Position numbers and translations under genes: made by a program. Positions 36,518-50,250 of a stretch of DNA of 64,000 nt are shown here, piece after piece. The stretch comes from Lama guanicoe (Eukaryota): NCBI GenBank assembly GCA_013239625.1, contig MU056737.1, forward strand, positions 4,481,846-4,545,845, written 5' to 3'. The notes under the pieces are model-generated. The model was not told where the DNA came from, searched no databases, and was given only the letters and a program-made list of their open reading frames with translations. Every line of letters begins with the position of its first letter. Positions within the stretch are counted from its first letter, which is position 1.

Positions 36518-39500
36518 CTGTGGACCGAGGATGCCAGCGTGAGTGGCTGCGCCCTGCACCCATGGAGTCCGTGCACTCAGAGTCCAGGTCGACCCCGTTC
36601 CCAGGAATGTAGCTCATTTCCATTCCGCGGTTCACCCTGCCGCCCCGCCTGCCTCCTGAGTCTGCTGGCCCCGAGTTCTGCACGGGCCATAAAACGCCTT
36701 GAAGAACCTCGGGAACTCCTGCTGCGCCTCTCAAAGCTCCCCGGCGCTGCGCTCCGCCGCCTGCCCGCCCCACTTCTCACCTGCCAAGGGGGCTTTCCGG
36801 AACACAGCACAGAGCAGGGGCAGGGCGCGGGCGCGCGCGGCCCACGGCGGGCGGGCTGACCCGGCAGGGACACGCCGGGACGCCGGGACACGCTGACTGT
36901 TCAGGTGCTGTCGTCACTTCGTGGGACTAGGGCCACAGTTCGCGCAGTGAGGCTGCTGTCCTGTCAGAAGTGCGCTCTGAGAGGACCTCCCCCAGGGCAT
37001 GAGCGGGAGACGCCCCAGCCGCGTTTCATTTACTTCTCCCCAAACAGATGCAAACACACGCAAACCTGACGTGCCTCGTCACGGCCACACCAGCGCCGGC
37101 TCCTGGACACAGGAAAGCAACGGGCCCCTGAAAACGTGCGGGGACGACAAAGGCCCGAAGCCCCGGAACCGGCTTGTTTTCAAACGCGACTCAGCACGAC
37201 CGTGCGGCCCACGCGCTCGCTGGCTTTTTAAATTACACAGTGAGGAGGGGTCTGCTCCTCCCGTGGTGGGTCGCATTACCTTCGCAGAAACATCTGTAAG
37301 CAACTGCATCTGGATGTAAATTTTGAGCCCAAGGGAGCGTCTGTTTCTTTCTAAATACAGATTTAACAAGCCAATGAAGGTCTCATTTAAAAGAAATCCA
37401 CGTATCTCACCTAGAAAACGTTTTCTCTTCGTGTTCTTGTTACGAAGTTCCCCCTTTTAAATCACACTTAAAAAAATCAGACGTGCGCGGTATCTTCCTC
37501 TTTTGATATTGATTTATACTCCCCCGTGCCAGGAACAGTCAACATTCGGAAGGCACCTCACTGCGTTTCATTTATACCACAATTGCGTGGGACTTGCCGA
37601 AGTGTCGACAAGAAAGCCCACGTCAGCATGAATGATGTTCAGGCCACACATCTCCTTCTCCTCAGCGCAAACCCAGCCAGATGGGAATTCGAAGCAGGGA
37701 CCCCATTTTGAGCTTTTCAGCCCCTCAGATCCGCCCCACTAACGGGTCCCTCCAGCACATGACAATTTAATGCGCCTTCACAAGGAGGAGACGCTCACTG
37801 GAGCCATCACAAAAATGAGGAGAAACACAGATTTTTATGAACATAATAAAAATACAATGATCCAGACCACAAACTATCGTCGAACAGCCTGCCTGGGCCA
37901 CCCAAGCACGGCTTTCGGAAGCCCCTCACCTGAGGAGGGTCCTTCCGCTCAGGGACCCGGCTGGCTCTCTGAAGGTCTCGGGGAGACTCAGCCCGAAGGA
38001 AGCTTGGTTTAAACAAACGCCTTAAGGCACTCTGGGGGATGATATCTCTCTTTAGGTCCCCGTGTGAAAGCAGAGAAGAGGGTTTACTAACCCAAACAAA
38101 TCCCAGCCCACTCGGGCACTGGCATCACATGGCTGCGCCCGGCTCTGCCCGCGGGGCCTTGGATCCGTGCGGGAAAACCACCGCCTCCGCCTCTTCCCAC
38201 CTCCGGCCTCGCTGCCTGAGCAGCCCACCCTCAGGACACACCAGCGGCGCTCTGTGCGTTTCCGCGGGGCCGCCGGACGCCAGCAGAGACTCCAGGTCAG
38301 GCGGCGCCCTTTCTGAAGAGGGGACGTCCCACTCTCGCGTCTTCCCAGGCTTGGTTTTGGCAGGGTCCTGCCCGACACCAGGAAGGTGCTGTTTTCAAGC
38401 CAAGTCTTTGAGAAACTGAAATCCTCCTCTTCCAGGAAGCAAAGAGCCCCCAGAGTCCCCACCTGACCTTGCTGGAGTCCACTGGAGTAAGCAGTTGGCT
38501 GAATTACAGAGCAGAACTCTGTGATTACAGAACTCCAGCAGTGGCGATTTCCAGCACCTTCCGTTTGGTTCCGTGTCAGAGGACACAGCATGCGTGGTCC
38601 CTGCCGGTTCACCGGGCACAGTTACTGAGCACCAGGCATGAGTCAGGAGATCAGAGGCCACGGTGGGGGTGGCGAGAGGTGGCCTGGCCGAAATCATCCT
38701 GCGAGGCGTAAACAGGGGACTTCCCCGCACAGGAAGCAGAGCCGCCACCCCAGGGTGGACAAAGCGCCAGTCGGGCAGAAATGAGCCCGGGCGCTGGCTC
38801 GCGAGCATCAATCCTTGGTGCTCGTCCGGAGCAGGATGGGCACTCTCGGGCCCTTCTGCGAGCTTCCCCGCGGACACGCCAGCCGGCCTGGGGAGCCCAC
38901 CTGGCGGCCTGTTGCTGCCCGGCACGTGGGGGCGGGAGTGGTGGGAGCCTTCCCCGTGACGGTGCCCCCACCTCCCCGCTGGCGGCTAGGGGAGCAGGAG
39001 CAGCCAGCCCAGCCATCCTCGGTGACCGTGAGACATGCGGCTACAACCACCTCTGTGAGCCCGCCTGGGCCGAGCCCCTCAGGGGTGACATCGAGAAGAA
39101 GCCACGAGGACAGCACAGCTGACGCCACGCAGCCTGGGACCCCGGTCACGGTCATCAGCCAAGCAAGGGGGACGTTAACACTCCGTTGTTCAGACAGTTG
39201 GCCCCAGTGACAGGAGATACATACTGGGAAATAAAACCCATATTTTATGGCAAGACAAGAAAAATCTGCCCTTTGACCTCCTCTCTGCGCGCTGCGCACC
39301 ATGCATCTGCACTAGGTATCGCCGAGCCTCCCCCGCCGGCAGGAGCACCTGCTCAGCCCAGCATCCTCCCAGCATCGACAAGACAGCCCCGTAAAAACCA
39401 CGTTCCTCCTTGATTCTGTGCGGGGGCACATGCCGCACCAGGAGGACGCTCAGATCTGGATTATGCAAACTGTCAATAACACGTCATTTGATGAACAGCC

Positions 39501-41168
39501 CTCAGTCTCAAAAAACTTATAAAATTGTGCCTTGATTTCTAACCAGTGGAGCCAATTAAAGCAGATGGAGAGAAACTATAGGGTCTCTTCCTTCGAAACT
39601 TTTTTGAGGACTAAGTGTTTAGTAAACAAAGCTCTTTCGAAGCCCCGCTGAGACCTGATTACAGGGAAGCTGAGCCACCGGGGAGACGCCCAGGCCACTG
39701 TCTCTACAAAGCGCGGTCCCTCCAGGCTGGAAGCGTCTTCCGCCCTCCCCGCGTCTCTTGTGAGGCACCCGTTTCCGGCTGGTGTCATCCTCGTCTTGCT
39801 TGCATGCCTTTCTTCTTCACACTGTCGCCTCCTTGAAGCGCTTCTGGTTGCTGATTCTGCCCCCGAAGGCATCCAGCACAGGGATTTATTCTAACTGATG
39901 CTTCATTGAAAACAATACATATTTTCACAAGGCAGCATTTGAATATTCCTGTAGAAAGAGAACTCAGAGAAAACGCTATCAAAGGCTTGCCTGGCAGAGG
40001 GCCTCCCAGGACCTGCTTAATGTACAGAAACGTGCTTTTTTTTTTCTTTTTTTTTTCGACGCCCATGGACTCTCGGCATGCACGCTGTCACTGCCACTGC
40101 GTGGAGTGGAGACAGTCTTCCCCAGACCCCATGCGTCCCCCCACCATCTTGACCACACAACTCATTTCCTTTGCAATTTCTTTTCACAGGTTGAACAGAC
40201 ATCGCCTTAATCCCGGCAATGGGGACGCTGACGAATATTGAAACTGGGAGTCAATCACAGAGGTCTAAGAACACTTGCGTTAGAGGTCCGTCAGCTGTAA
40301 CCACGTGGTCTGGAGTGGGCGAAAGAAGAACAAGCAGGGGCGTCTGCAACCCCGCGGGCAGGCAGACCCCCGAGTGCCCCGCCCCGCCCGTGTCGTCCAG
40401 CCCTTCCAGCACCCGGGTGTGTTTCAGCCACGCAGTCACAAGCTTGTGTCAAACCGTGGATAGCTGGGACGGAGATCTGACTGGATGCAGAAGAGGCTAT
40501 GAAGTCTTTGTTGTGACTTGCAAGCACGACTCGGGACACACCCACCTGACTTGTTTCCCAGTAACCCTATCGGTGTGGGCTTCCGTGAAGAGGTAGAACC
40601 AGGGGGTGCAGGTGGCAGAGCTGATAGGAAATGTGGACGCGCAGGAGGGTGGGCGGGGAGGGAGACACCCTGCAGCTGTTGAGATTGGACCCAGGCCCCC
40701 GCCAGCCACGCAGCCACAATCCGATATTTGATAAACAGGAGCAGACACCTCTGGAATTTTTTTCCACTGTCGGTATTTTTGCTCAGGAGGGAAATAACCT
40801 GCCATTTCACTAGAATCAAGAGATCTTTTGCAAAGAGAGTGGCCAGCTTACTTCTCGAGCAGAGTCCACATGGCTGGTGTGACCACCAGCTGTGACATTT
40901 CCACGGTGGGACCACGTGCTCACAAACGAGGTGCGTTTTTTATCCGAACTTTGTGCAGTTCCAAGGGAGGTATCTGACCGTACGAGAAATCACCTGGGTC
41001 GAGGGAGCACTGTCACTTAGAACCACGTACAGTCCCCTGGTCTGTGTTCACATTTCACATTAAATGTGCTGGTTGACGTCCCAGACTGAAATGCCCCTCA
41101 GGCTGCCGTTTTTTTTCCCTTTTCAAAATCAAGACCCGATGCATTTACATCAGGTCCGCTCGTGAGGC

Positions 41169-41212
41169 AAGAGGAGGAGGAAGAGGAGGAAGAAAGAGGA
41201 AGAAAGAGAAAG
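41169..41212 (+). repeat. Polypurine (GA-rich) low-complexity tract
   Basis: aagaggaggaggaagaggaggaagaaagaggaagaaagagaaag. Confidence 0.8.
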
Positions 41213-43059
41213 ACAGGACAGACTAGGGAGCCAACATCACACATCAAAGCAGGATGTTTTCAGCTGAGAGCCACAAAAATTGGTTAAAAAAGAAACTCAA
41301 GGGACGTGTTTTTCACCCAAACCTAAGCTGATGTTCTGACACATGTGTGGCGGGAGGACACGCACACTTCCTGCTGCGGGGCCACCAAGCAGCGCCATGC
41401 TCACCCCTGCAAGATCCTGGCCTTCAATCCCCAAATTTAGATAAGATGGTCTGACCAAAGTTTGGGAATTCATGTATAGAAAATCCAGCAAGACTGCTAA
41501 ATCCTTCTGGTCAAAGGACTTCTGAGCTCACGGAAATGAAAAGTCAGGTTTTCCAAAGAAATGAGCTGTCTTCAACTCTTATCATCCCTTTAATTAAATC
41601 AAACAATGTGCTTTAAAATCACCCCACCAATCCGCTGCTGAAGGAAATCTCTCCTACAGCCTCTCAGTCCAGAGCCGCAAAGTCTGCAGATCCTGCTCCA
41701 CCACCCCTGCCCAGAGCTGTCCAGGACCAACAGCCGGGCGCGACTCACCCGAGAGTCACAGAGGCGCGGGGACGGCCTCCCCTCTCAGCCCAGCCTCTGA
41801 GGATAACCGGAGATCACGGGCCCTGACAGGATGTGGTCTCACAGGCAGGAGGGCGCCCTGCACACAGGGGGCCCTGGGGCGCAGCATGGCTGGGCGGGGT
41901 CCACCCCTGGGTGCTCAGGCTCACTACCCGGGGCTTGGATGACGCCGGCCGTAGAGCGGTCATCTGTTGGCTGCCCCGCCCGGAGGTGGACACGGGCCGC
42001 CACCTTCGGCTCCCCATTGGCCGGGCCCAGCATGCAGGGGCAGCGGGCAGCGTCGCCCCCCCACCCGAGGCCTCCGGCACCGTGGCACCGGGCACGGCTC
42101 GCTCCTGTGCCTCTCGGTTGCCCTTCTGCTTCTGTCCCCGCCCCCGGGGCAGCGGGTCCCTGGAAGGGAAACCCTCACATTCTTTGTGTCTCCCACAGCA
42201 CCTGGCTGGGCGTTTTTCTTGACCACCCTAAGGACAATGACTGATGGCGATACGGAGTGACCCCTTTACCTAAATCAAGCCCACTGCTCTCAGAAGAGAG
42301 AAAGCGCACCCACCCTCCCCCGTGGACGTCCCAGCGGAACACACTTGCAGGAGGCAGGAAGCTGAGTCTCCAGGTGAACTTCTCTCCTCGGAAGGACAGC
42401 AGTCATAGTGATGAGCGCCAACGCGACCTGGGCGCCACTGAGCTGCCGACCGGTCACCTGAGTTGAGGCTTCAGTGACGGAGACACGAGGATGCTACCCG
42501 TGGGGAAGTTCTTAGTGCTGCTGGCTCAGTCAAAAACATGGAAGGAGGGACAGACAGCGGACTCCCTCACAGACAGGGCTCCTTGAACAAGTGGGGCCGG
42601 AGGAGCCCCACGGCAGGTGGCTGACGCCTGCCCGAGATGGCACGGGGCCCCTCACCTGTGCCCAGAGTTGGCCCCCACTCCCTGCTCACAGCCCGGAGCC
42701 CGCTTTTCTCCAAAGAGCTGTCCAGATGCTCCCAAGGTGCCTGGGTCCTGGCAGGTGCACAGACCTCCCCTCCCGGTGGGGAGACCGCAGCCCCAGAGAA
42801 GCCTTCACCCTGACCTAGCCTTGGACACGCACACACTCTGGGGGACCTACTCACATCTTCTGTGCCTGGAGGGAAGCACCGTTGTCCCTCCGTCCCAGCA
42901 GGGGCTGGCTGCGCACCCTGGCAGCCCCACAGGAAGGGTCCCTCTCTCCTTTCACGGGGATGCGCCTGCCCACCCACGCACCCTCTTGGCGGTAAGGTGC
43001 GCGGTGCAGGGAGCAACGCGTCGGATGACGTGGGTGTGGGTCTGCGACGTGCTGGCCTG

Positions 43060-43131
43060 CCGCCGGCCGTGGGCTGGGGCCGCTGGCCTGCCACTGGCTG
43101 TGGGCTGGGGCCGCCGGCCGTGGGCTGGGCG
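43060..43131 (+). repeat. Imperfect GC-rich tandem repeat (ccggccgtgggctgggg-like, about 3 copies)
   Basis: cgccggccgtgggctggggc...cactggctgtgggctggggccgccggccgtgggctgggc. Confidence 0.6.
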
Positions 43132-43194
43132 AGCTGCTAGGCGAGCTGCTGGGCTCCCGGGGCCTCAGCTTCTGCTGGGACTGGGATTACACTT

Positions 43195-43460
43195 TGCTTT
43201 ATTCTACTAAAATACACACAACGTGAAAACACCCTCCTAGCCGGCTTTTAAGTGCCCAGTTCGAGGGCACTGGGCGCTTTCACACTGCTGTGCAGCCTTC
43301 TCCACCACCGTCTCCAGGACCTTCTCATCGTTCCAGACTGAGACTGGCCCCGTCACCAGCTCCCCAGCCCCAGCCCCCACCACCCCGTCTCTGTGGGACC
43401 GCACCACAGTGTCTGTGTGTCACATACCGCACCGTGACGTCCTCGGCCTGGTCGTCGGGG
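43195..43460 (-). mobile_element. L1M (L1MA/MB-like) 3' end fragment, GC-shifted
   Basis: tttattctactaaaatacacacaacgtgaaa...ttttaagtgcccagttc...ttcacactgctgtgcagcc...ctccaggaccttctcatc resembles the antisense L1M 3' terminus. Confidence 0.65.
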
Positions 43461-44069
43461 CGTCACGTGCACTCACAGATGGAAGGTGCTCCGTAAATGG
43501 CATCTTCCTGCTGCACTCCTCCCCCAGGGCGCGTCTGCTTCCCTCTGCAGCCCTGTCGGCCGGGGCAGACCCACCGTCCTCACAGAGCAGAACACATTTC
43601 TATGGGAAGGTCGTCCAGCACGTGTTTGACTTTGGAATCAAATTCTTACAACCCACGATGTGAATTTAGAGAAAGCACTCTAATCGCAGGTGGTGAGCAG
43701 TGCTGGGTCAGGCAGAGGAGGGGAGTAGGGAGTGAGGGGTGCGGCTGGGGCTGGAGACCCCCGATCATGGTGACCGAGCTGAGGGTGGAAGGGCTGGCAC
43801 TGCTGGCACACCTATGATGGAATGTTCTAGAAGGGCCGTGTCCCCGTGAAGACAGAGCGTCGTCCCTGTGAAGACAGAGCCTCCCTGCCCCTCCTCTGGA
43901 TGTCGCCCTGAGCCTGCCGGGCCCACCTCGCGTCCCCCTTGCTGATGGCCTCGGGCCTCTCCGTGCCTCTGCTGCCCCTCCTCCGCCCATCCGTCCATCT
44001 GTGCGGTGTCCACTGGTCCTGCAGCAACAGCACCACACTGGGGCTCCACGCCTGTTTTCCTCTTGGCCG

Positions 44070-44142
44070 TCGTACTGGGTGGAACGACGTCCCCCCAGAT
44101 CCACGGCCACCTGGAACCTGGGACCTTATTTGAAAACAGGGT
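44070..44142 (+). mobile_element. MLT1 LTR 5' fragment
   Basis: tactgggtggaacgacgtccccccagat...gaccttatttgaaaacagggt resembles the start of an MLT1 LTR. Confidence 0.45.
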
Positions 44143-47056
44143 GAGAGGGTCCTCTCTGCCATCTCCAGCTCCCAGCCTGGGCTCCTCTGTGCCTGGGAGC
44201 TGGGATGCCACTGTTTACATCTGCTTGCCCCACAGCGACCGTTCCTGCGTAAACACCCGTGAGCGCCTCCCAGGGAGGGCTTCAGGGCGGCACACGGAGA
44301 CGCTTCGATGTTTTCCGTAACATGTGCTGAGTTCCTCGGTCAAAACTCATTAAAGGCCATAAATCCAGACAATAAGGTGAGAGCTGATATTCCTGGACAG
44401 CCCGGAATTTTTATGTTTCCAATCAGGCTTTATTCTTAAAAGCACTTACCCTTGACAGTGGCCTTTGAACGGCCCCGCCTTCTGCAGGAAGCCGTAAAGA
44501 CAGGCAGTGCTTCCTCTGCAGGCATTCTGCTGGGCCGCAGTGGCCAGTGGGCTTCCAAGTGTCGAGCCTGTGGCTTACGGGCAGGTACTGATACAGGGCT
44601 ATGCTGAGTCGATGCCCACGTCTGAAACAACGGAGTTCAGAGCTGAGCCAACAAGCGTGGCTGTGCTGAGAAGCACGTCACAGACAGGACCAGCCCTCCG
44701 GCCAAGGCCAACATCTCGTCACTGGGTCCTCCTCGCGTGTCCCCGGGAGACCTCACCGTCTCGGTCAAGGGCGGTTGGAGGAGACAAGTGGGGCAGGACC
44801 TTTTGCTACAGGACTCCTCAGAGGCTGCAGTGTGCTCACGTGCCTGTTGACGTCCCCGAGGGTCACCTATCGGCCACAGCCCTTCTTGTGTGGAGAGTCT
44901 GTGACCACCTGGAGGGACGTCAGTGTCCCCTGGGACAGTCAGATAAATGCCCGTTGGGGTGTGTCTCAGAGCATCCTGCACGCCATCGCACCTGCATGTT
45001 TTCTCTGCTTGTGTCATCTGGAGACGCTTTCGTGCCATTTCAAGCAAGCACGCTCCTGACATCAGACCTCCATGAGCGCTCCGGAGCGTCCTGCGGACCG
45101 CGGACGCTGACACGTAAGCTGCCCCCGACAGCTGCAAGCGCTCCGAACAGGCAGGAAGAAACCGCACCAGCCCCCCGTTTACCAGCTGCGCGAACCGGGC
45201 GAGCTACGCGCCTCCAAGCCTCGCTGGCTGCACAGACCACGGGCCAGGACACGCGGAGCTGGACACAGGGCTGGCTCAGAGTGAGGGGTCGCTGGATGTG
45301 AGCGATCATTATGCCAAGTGTCCATGTGTCCTGAAGAAAGTCGTGGTTCTGTCTGTGAGAGCAGCTTTGCCCACAGGACGTGATGACTGGGGCTGACGGG
45401 CTGGTAAGAACGAAACAACCCCCCTTTGGGGCACCACGCACGCACCACACGTAGACTGCACAGCCTGGGCAAGGAGGAGGGCAGCCGCGGTGCTGCTGCG
45501 GTGCCGCGGGCATTTCTTGCTCCACCCCACAACTCAGTTTTCTTTGTTCTGTCTGTCCGAGCACCAGGAGCCTGGGGGGTGGGCACACGCTTCCGTGGAG
45601 TTCCGACGACGCCCCAGGAGCAGAGCAGGACCGGGGCTCCCGGCGCAGGAAGGCAGCTCTGCCTGACGTCAGGAAGTACCTCCTAGAGAGACACGGTCCC
45701 CAGACCCTCGGGCCCGCGCACCCGTGCCTGGAGGAGCCCCACCCAGGCGCCCAAGCTGTCGGAGGAGACAGCTCCCAAGGCGGGAGGGGCCAGCGCTTCC
45801 GCAGACCACCTGCCGCCAGAGCACGTGCCTCTACGGCACCGCCGCAGGGGCTCAGTTTGGTATCTCTCCCACAGCGCGAAGGCCCAGGACAGAGCAGGGC
45901 CACGCAGACGCGTCCGGATCTCGGCTTCCGACTCACGGGCTGGGGTGCTCTCGTGGGTGCTCGCTTGTCTCATGGGGATGGTGACGCCAGTGGTTAATAC
46001 GCTTTTGAGGCAAAGCGCCCTGGTGGACACTCGGCGAACCCTGGGCCCCTTCTGATTTCCCAGAAGAGCCTGCAGGGACTGTTCCCGAAGGTGGAAGGGA
46101 ATACTGACCCTCCTCTGGGTCAAGAGTCAGGAGAGGGTTGGCTGGAAAGTTGGGAAAGGGATCGGAAGTCCACAGGAACAGGGATGTGGCGCACATGCAG
46201 CTCTGCCTACTGCCAGCCCGTCTACCTGCCTGTGTGAACGGCCAGGCTGCAGCACAGCGTCACCACAGGGACCGAAACCCAGCTATGTGGACCAACGCAC
46301 TGCCCTGGTCCGACCACTGCGCTCCGGGACCCAGAAGGCACGACCTCCTCCTCTTGTCCTCAGCTGCCAAGGGGCCCTTGGAGCAGTTCTGGGGACACGC
46401 GGCGTCCCTGACACACAGTAGGAAGTTGCTACACTTGCTGAGCAGGAACATGAACTCAGGCACTCATCACCGGTGCATCCCAAGGCCATTCCCACCACGC
46501 TCTGCTGCTCGGTGGGTGACCGAGAGGAAGTGAGGGACCCACTTGCCCTCCTGCTTCTCCTCTTACTGGCCAGTGCGGACGTTACTTCTCAACGCCTGAG
46601 CCCGTCTGGGCGTCCAGGGCTTTGCTGAGTGAAGAGATACCAGCCTGGCCTTTAACATGCGTTACAGAGAATCCGCAAAGAGAGACTGTAACTTAGCCAG
46701 CTTTCTACCTTCAAACGATTAAAACCATAGATAAGAGACACATTTGAATGAACTATAATGAACATTTACTACTTCATTTCTTTATATTTCATAAAATGAA
46801 AGTGTAAGTTGCTAAAAAACAAAGTGAGAGTCTTTAACTAAATCTCCCAAAGGGACCTTCTCACGTTGTGTTACGGAAAACAAAGACTGATAACAGAAAA
46901 TGTTAAAAGCTTCATATAAATGCTGGAATCAAGTAGCATTTGATGAACACCCGGGAACACAAGTTTGAATTGGCTTAACTGAATCCAAGCGTTATTCATC
47001 ATCAACTTACTAAGATCTTACTTTCAGAAAAGAAATTTAATTAAAAACAGGCTCAC

Positions 47057-47134
47057 CTGCCAGAAGTCAGCGACAGTCGCAGGCAGCGGTCCTTGGGTGG
47101 CGATGTACGCGGGCTTCCTCGGGTCGTGGTCCAT
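47057..47134 (-). CDS. PTPRN2: PTPRN2 coding exon (~exon 17), 78 bp: [26 protein letters not shown]
   Basis: Acceptor ...gtcttacctccgcag|ATG and donor CAG|gtgagc. Contains the PTP YIATQGP and DFW motifs. Confidence 0.97.
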
Positions 47135-47580
47135 CTGCGGAGGTAAGACCACAGGAGAGATGAGCTGAAGCACCACCCCAAGGCCTGGAAGTCAAGCGTC
47201 GGCTGCGGTAGGGCACCTCCATCCCTCACCCGCACGACCCCACGACCCCACGTCCCCACGTCTGTGGAGGCCGGAAACCCAGCCGCTCCTCCTCTCCTTC
47301 TTGACGCAAACCCGCCTGGATTTTAGGCGGCTGGAGCCTGGGGTCCGGCGCCTAGACCTGGCCATCAGCGCTGCAGGTTTCTCTTGTACCTGGAATTGAG
47401 CAAACCAGAGACCAGATACCAGGATACTGTGCACGGACAGGCCAGGTGAGGCAGGTGCTGAGAACGAGGGGGGAGGCGCCCAGGGCAGGGCCACCGCACA
47501 GTGACTTGTCTGCGGACATGTGTGACTGCAGAGGAAACTGCAGGCTCTGGGCTGGGGAGAGGGGGCCTTGGCAGAGGCGG

Positions 47581-47601
47581 GGTGCTGTCCAGGGTCCTGG
47601 A
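47581..47601 (-). promoter_or_regulatory. Candidate canonically spaced RE1/REST site
   Basis: The minus strand reads TCCAGGACCCTGGACAGCACC against consensus TTCAGCACCnnGGACAGCGCC (3 mismatches). Confidence 0.35.
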
Positions 47602-50250
47602 GGGACCACCGACACTGTCTTCTGCCTCCCTTGCTGGCAGAGTTAACTGCCCCCAGGTGAGGGCTTGTTTCTGTTTCCCCCAAAAGGCGCTGGGGCACAG
47701 CCGAGTCATCCTGGGGTCTGAGAGCCACGTGGCAGGCCCTTCCCCGAGACCGGCCTCCCAGCAGCCAACTCCCTGGTCTATTTCCGCCCCCGGACAGGGA
47801 TTGAAAACACACACAAGAGCGCAGTGCTGGGTTTTCTGACTAGGTTATCTGTCCAAATGCAGCGTGCTAGTGTTGAGAGAGGAGGTCTGGCTTAAAAGAA
47901 CTTAATCGTAACATTTAGTTCAAAGACTGACTAAGCAGGAAAAAACCCGAAACAAAACCGAAACACGGGAACAAAGCCTGGAGAAGCAAAGAGGATTAAA
48001 TCGGACGGATGGGCTCTTCCCCTCCTGCTGGTGTCCGCAGGGGACAGAGCGGTGCCAGGGAAGGGGTCGACAGAGCTGTCCTCACCGTCACCCCGGGGCG
48101 GCGGGGACCAGCCCCGGAACACACTGGGCGGGTCTCGCTCTCCTGTAAGGCAGCTGCTCACTTGTCTGATGTCCACTGGCCTTGGTTCTTTCATGTCCAG
48201 TCCCAGTGTCCACTCGGGACCCAGGGCTTGATTAAAGACTGAAAATAGTCCATGTTTAGATTCTTGTTAAGAATGCATTTCCCAATATGTAGAAAACAGG
48301 AAGGTTTCACCCACACACAATTCCACAGCGACACGTGGGATGTCAGCGGTGAGCCCGGTGTCACCTTAGAGCCCGCTTCGTGCTTGGGTTTGAGCGGGGC
48401 ATGAGGGAGGCACGTCTCCTTTACCAGGAACCCGGTGAAGGCGGCACTGCTCGTCCACACTTTCTGAGGTGGCGGTCGTCAGCGTGAGAGAGGGCACCTT
48501 GTAATTACTGTGCTGCGCAACAGGGGACGCGCGTAAAATGACAGATGCAAGTTATTCCAACAGCACAACAGTGGGACGCTGGCTGCTAGGCGGAGGGAAG
48601 ACGCTTTCTGAGCATCTAATTCAGTGACTCCTAATTAAAACTGGAAGTTCACAACCACACACTCTACACAGGTAAAGTGACGCTCCTCCGGCTGAAAGCC
48701 TCAACTGAAATATTTCAGGAGAAAAGCGCCTAGCAGAAGGAAGGAGTCATGACATTTAACACAGCTGTGTATGCAGACCCCTGTCACATCCCCAAAGCAG
48801 TGCTGCGTGGGCAGCAAAAGCCCACCCCCTTTGCAAACGGACTCCCCCAGCCCAGAGCAGTTTAGACAGCAGCACATTTAAAAACCGTTAGTATGCTCGC
48901 CCTGGCACGTTTAGGTGCTCTCGCGGTGAGAAGTAATGTGACTGAAAGTAGACGTCTCAACAGGGCTTCGGGAAGGTAGATAAGGCGCCTGCTGGGTGGG
49001 GGTCCGAGGTCACGGGCACCCGTCTCCCCATCACCTGCTCCGCCTGGAGGCCGAGGCCCGAGGATGCGGGCAGGGCACCCGCCCCGCCGTCACCCCCAGC
49101 CCCCTCACCCCACCACCTGGCCGGCAGTAAACCGTGTATGACCACGGAGGGTGAAGTGTGCCACCGGCTGGACAACCACTCAGAAGATGGTCACCGTCAC
49201 TCCATTCCGCGCACATTCCGGTGAACAGGAAAGAGCTCTGGGCACAAGCACTCCCTGCGCGGAGCGAAGAGGGGCCACAGAAGCCTCAGCCTGGTTTTGC
49301 GCATCTTTAACGGATGAAGGCTCATTACACTTAAGATTCCCAAGGCAGGATCAGCGTAATCAGAGGAAATCACGTCAGTTTCTACGAACCTGGCTCTTCC
49401 ACCAGGAGCTTTGGCCGGCGCCGCAGTGCGGGGATGGGGAGACGCCTGTCTCCTGTTCCTGGCGGGGATCCGCACCGGCTCCCCCCAACAGCTGTGCCGG
49501 GTCTCACCCCGGCTGCCCCGGCGCCTCCCCCTCCTTGTAGCTGCTTGCTTGCTTGACTGTCGTGGTCACAGCACGAGCCCCCGAGCCAGGCATGAAGCCG
49601 GTCAGTGTCTCTGGCCGCACTCTAAGGTCTGCGAAGTGCCATGGGAGGGCGGGCGAGGGCATGTTCCCTCCTGACTTGAGCTCTGGGATTCCGGGATTTT
49701 TTCAGAAGTAAAGCCATTTGTTTGTGTTGAATCTACTGTCCATGTGGCTGACTGATCCTCTGAAGACACCCCATGAACCAGGGTACCCGCCAGGTGCACT
49801 CTGTGAACTTCCAAACGCACATTTAAAAAACCCCAGTGACTCACTTTACGCTGCAGAATGACAATTATAAATAAATGTGAGTGACCGCGTCTCACCTACA
49901 TCACACAGCACGGCAACACCTGCCCAATGCTCCAAACAAAACTCACCCTGAAAATCCAGCCTTCAGCCCACGAAGACAGGACGCCCCACTCTGCAGCCTG
50001 GAAGGGTGGTGGAGGGGCTGCCTTCTGGCGCGCAGGTGAGGGCGGGGCTGGGTCTGCTGCCCAGACAACCACGGCCCGGAGTCTCAGGAAAGGTCTGGGC
50101 CAGCCTCTGGGGTGGGGTCGCGGGGACCGTGCCTCTCAGCCTGCAGCCTCACACCAGTCCTTTCTGACCACCTAATGCCCGATTTTTCTAACATTTACAG
50201 CAAATTTTACAGCAAGCCTGAGTTTTCAAGTCACTTTTCCAGATACCAAG

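Noticed and set aside
36143-36859. 238-aa + strand ORF antisense to exon 18 (similarly 35056..35553 and 17752..18171)
   Set aside because: Shadow ORFs produced by GC-rich codon usage in the sense exons.
43840-43880. Direct duplication of about 20 bp (cc[c/t]gtgaagacagagc x2) and other short repeats as CRISPR-like arrays
   Set aside because: Only two copies with no spacers, in a mammalian intron; ordinary slippage duplication.
45664-45671. Isolated full CRE TGACGTCA
   Set aside because: A lone 8-mer is expected by chance in 64 kb of CpG-rich DNA.
45040-45936. Longest ORF (298 aa, minus strand) and its neighbour 44507..45301 (+)
   Set aside because: No domain resemblance, both lie inside intron 17, and the composition is typical of chance GC-rich ORFs.
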